64,000 nt of DNA from the human T2T-CHM13v2.0 reference genome, Homo sapiens. The stretch is taken from the NCBI RefSeq assembly GCF_009914755.1, contig NC_060934.1, one strand, 5' to 3'. Shown piece after piece: positions 62,008-64,000 of the stretch. Made by a program: the position numbers and the translations under genes. Each line of letters starts with the position of its first letter. The stretch's first letter is position 1. The notes under the pieces are model-generated. The model made no database searches, was not told where the DNA came from, and saw only the letters and a program-made list of their open reading frames with translations.

Positions 62008-62739
62008 TTGGGAGTGAAGGAGAAGTTATATTGGTTTTATGCGAAATCAGTGTTGCTTGTTCTTGTGGGGTTCAGTGAATTGTTCCCAGGAGCAAAGGAG
62101 CTGAATGCAGGCATGGCCTGAAGCTACAAGCATCACCCCCATCCCTTCTCTTGGAAAAATGCCTGTGAAAATACACTGGTTTGGCTTGCTGATGTCCTCA
62201 TGTCTCTGTGATTTAAGACTTAGCAACCTAGGATGGAATCAAGGTAGAATTCTATGTTCTTGAGAAATTGCCTTGTGAAGGCCTGAGAGAAGACAATCCC
62301 ACCAGCGGCCACCCCACGGAGCCACCAATCCTGGCACAGGAAGTTGTGGTTTGGGAAGTGGGCTTTGAACATTGTTCTTCTCCCTGGGTCTGGCTCCCAA
62401 GGGGCCGGTGGGCTGTCAGCCCCCTTCCCCACCCCCAAGTGACTCTGAAATGAAGATGTATAGACTGGCGTTTTATTGAGATGGACTCTCAGATCAACAG
62501 CCATAAGTGTGTACAGGAAGCAGGACCCAGCAGAGGGAGAAGTAGACAAACTTGCAGTCATCACAAGGTAGACTCCGCGGATCTCATGCCATGCCCTGGA
62601 GCTGGAATGCCCTTCAGTGTCACTCCCAATTGTGGAGCAGGGACCAGGCCTTATACCCCTGCCTGAAGCAGTCTTTGGATGTGGGCTGCCCCAGGGAAGG
62701 GCAGAACCTTGGGAGAGTAGCTCTCTTGAGCTGAGGCCA

Positions 62740-62912
62740 GTCTGTGGTCACTGCACTGGTCTGAGTCTCTCAGGAACTTGTTAGAAATGTGCATTCTTGT
62801 GTGCCATTCCAGACCTTCTGAATCAGGAACTCTGAGGGTGGGTCAAAGAGTAACCTGTGATTTAACAAAGCCTCCAGGAAATGATACAAAATGAAGTTTG
62901 AGAGCCACTGCC
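62740..62912. mobile_element. MER5A
   Basis: ggaacttgttagaaatg..cattct...gaatcaggaactctg..gtttgagagccactg. Confidence 0.75.
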
Positions 62913-62999
62913 CTAGGGCAAGGCCTAGAGAACTTGCAGAGAGTTTTAATAGCCACTCTCCCAGCAGGAATGGAAAAGTCCTACGAAAAGGGTTCTATA

Positions 63000-64000
<1,001 letters not shown>

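Overview
Primate, most likely human, genomic DNA. I recognise the 3' half of the lysozyme-like gene LYZL1 on the + strand. Bases 1-15783 are the remainder of a long intron, followed by a 79-bp coding exon (15784-15862), a short intron, and the terminal exon (16664 to about 16900; stop ends 16733; AATAAA 16876-16881). The remaining ~47 kb is repeat-rich intergenic DNA: about 30 Alus, MIR/L2, old L1M/HAL1, solo LTRs (THE1A, MLT1, MST, LTR8, LTR16, LTR33, MER4-group) and hAT/Tigger MITEs. I see no convincing new multi-gene system, and nearly all ORFs in the track are repeat-derived or chance. The best leads are: (i) a candidate alternative terminal exon at 22985 that would give LYZL1 a different 53-aa C-terminus, with inverted Alus positioned to loop out the canonical last exons; (ii) alpha-lactalbumin-like residues in LYZL1 (Tyr at the HEWL Ala107 position, degenerate Ca2+ loop); (iii) a very young AluYa5-lineage insertion in the intron; (iv) an L1PA6 whose 5'UTR promoter is fused by internal deletion to an open RT-core frame; (v) a short L1 3' transduction; (vi) a CpG/GC-rich, G4-containing element just downstream of the gene. 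Repeat subfamily names come from remembered consensus sequences, and repeat boundaries are approximate unless a target-site duplication (TSD) is quoted.
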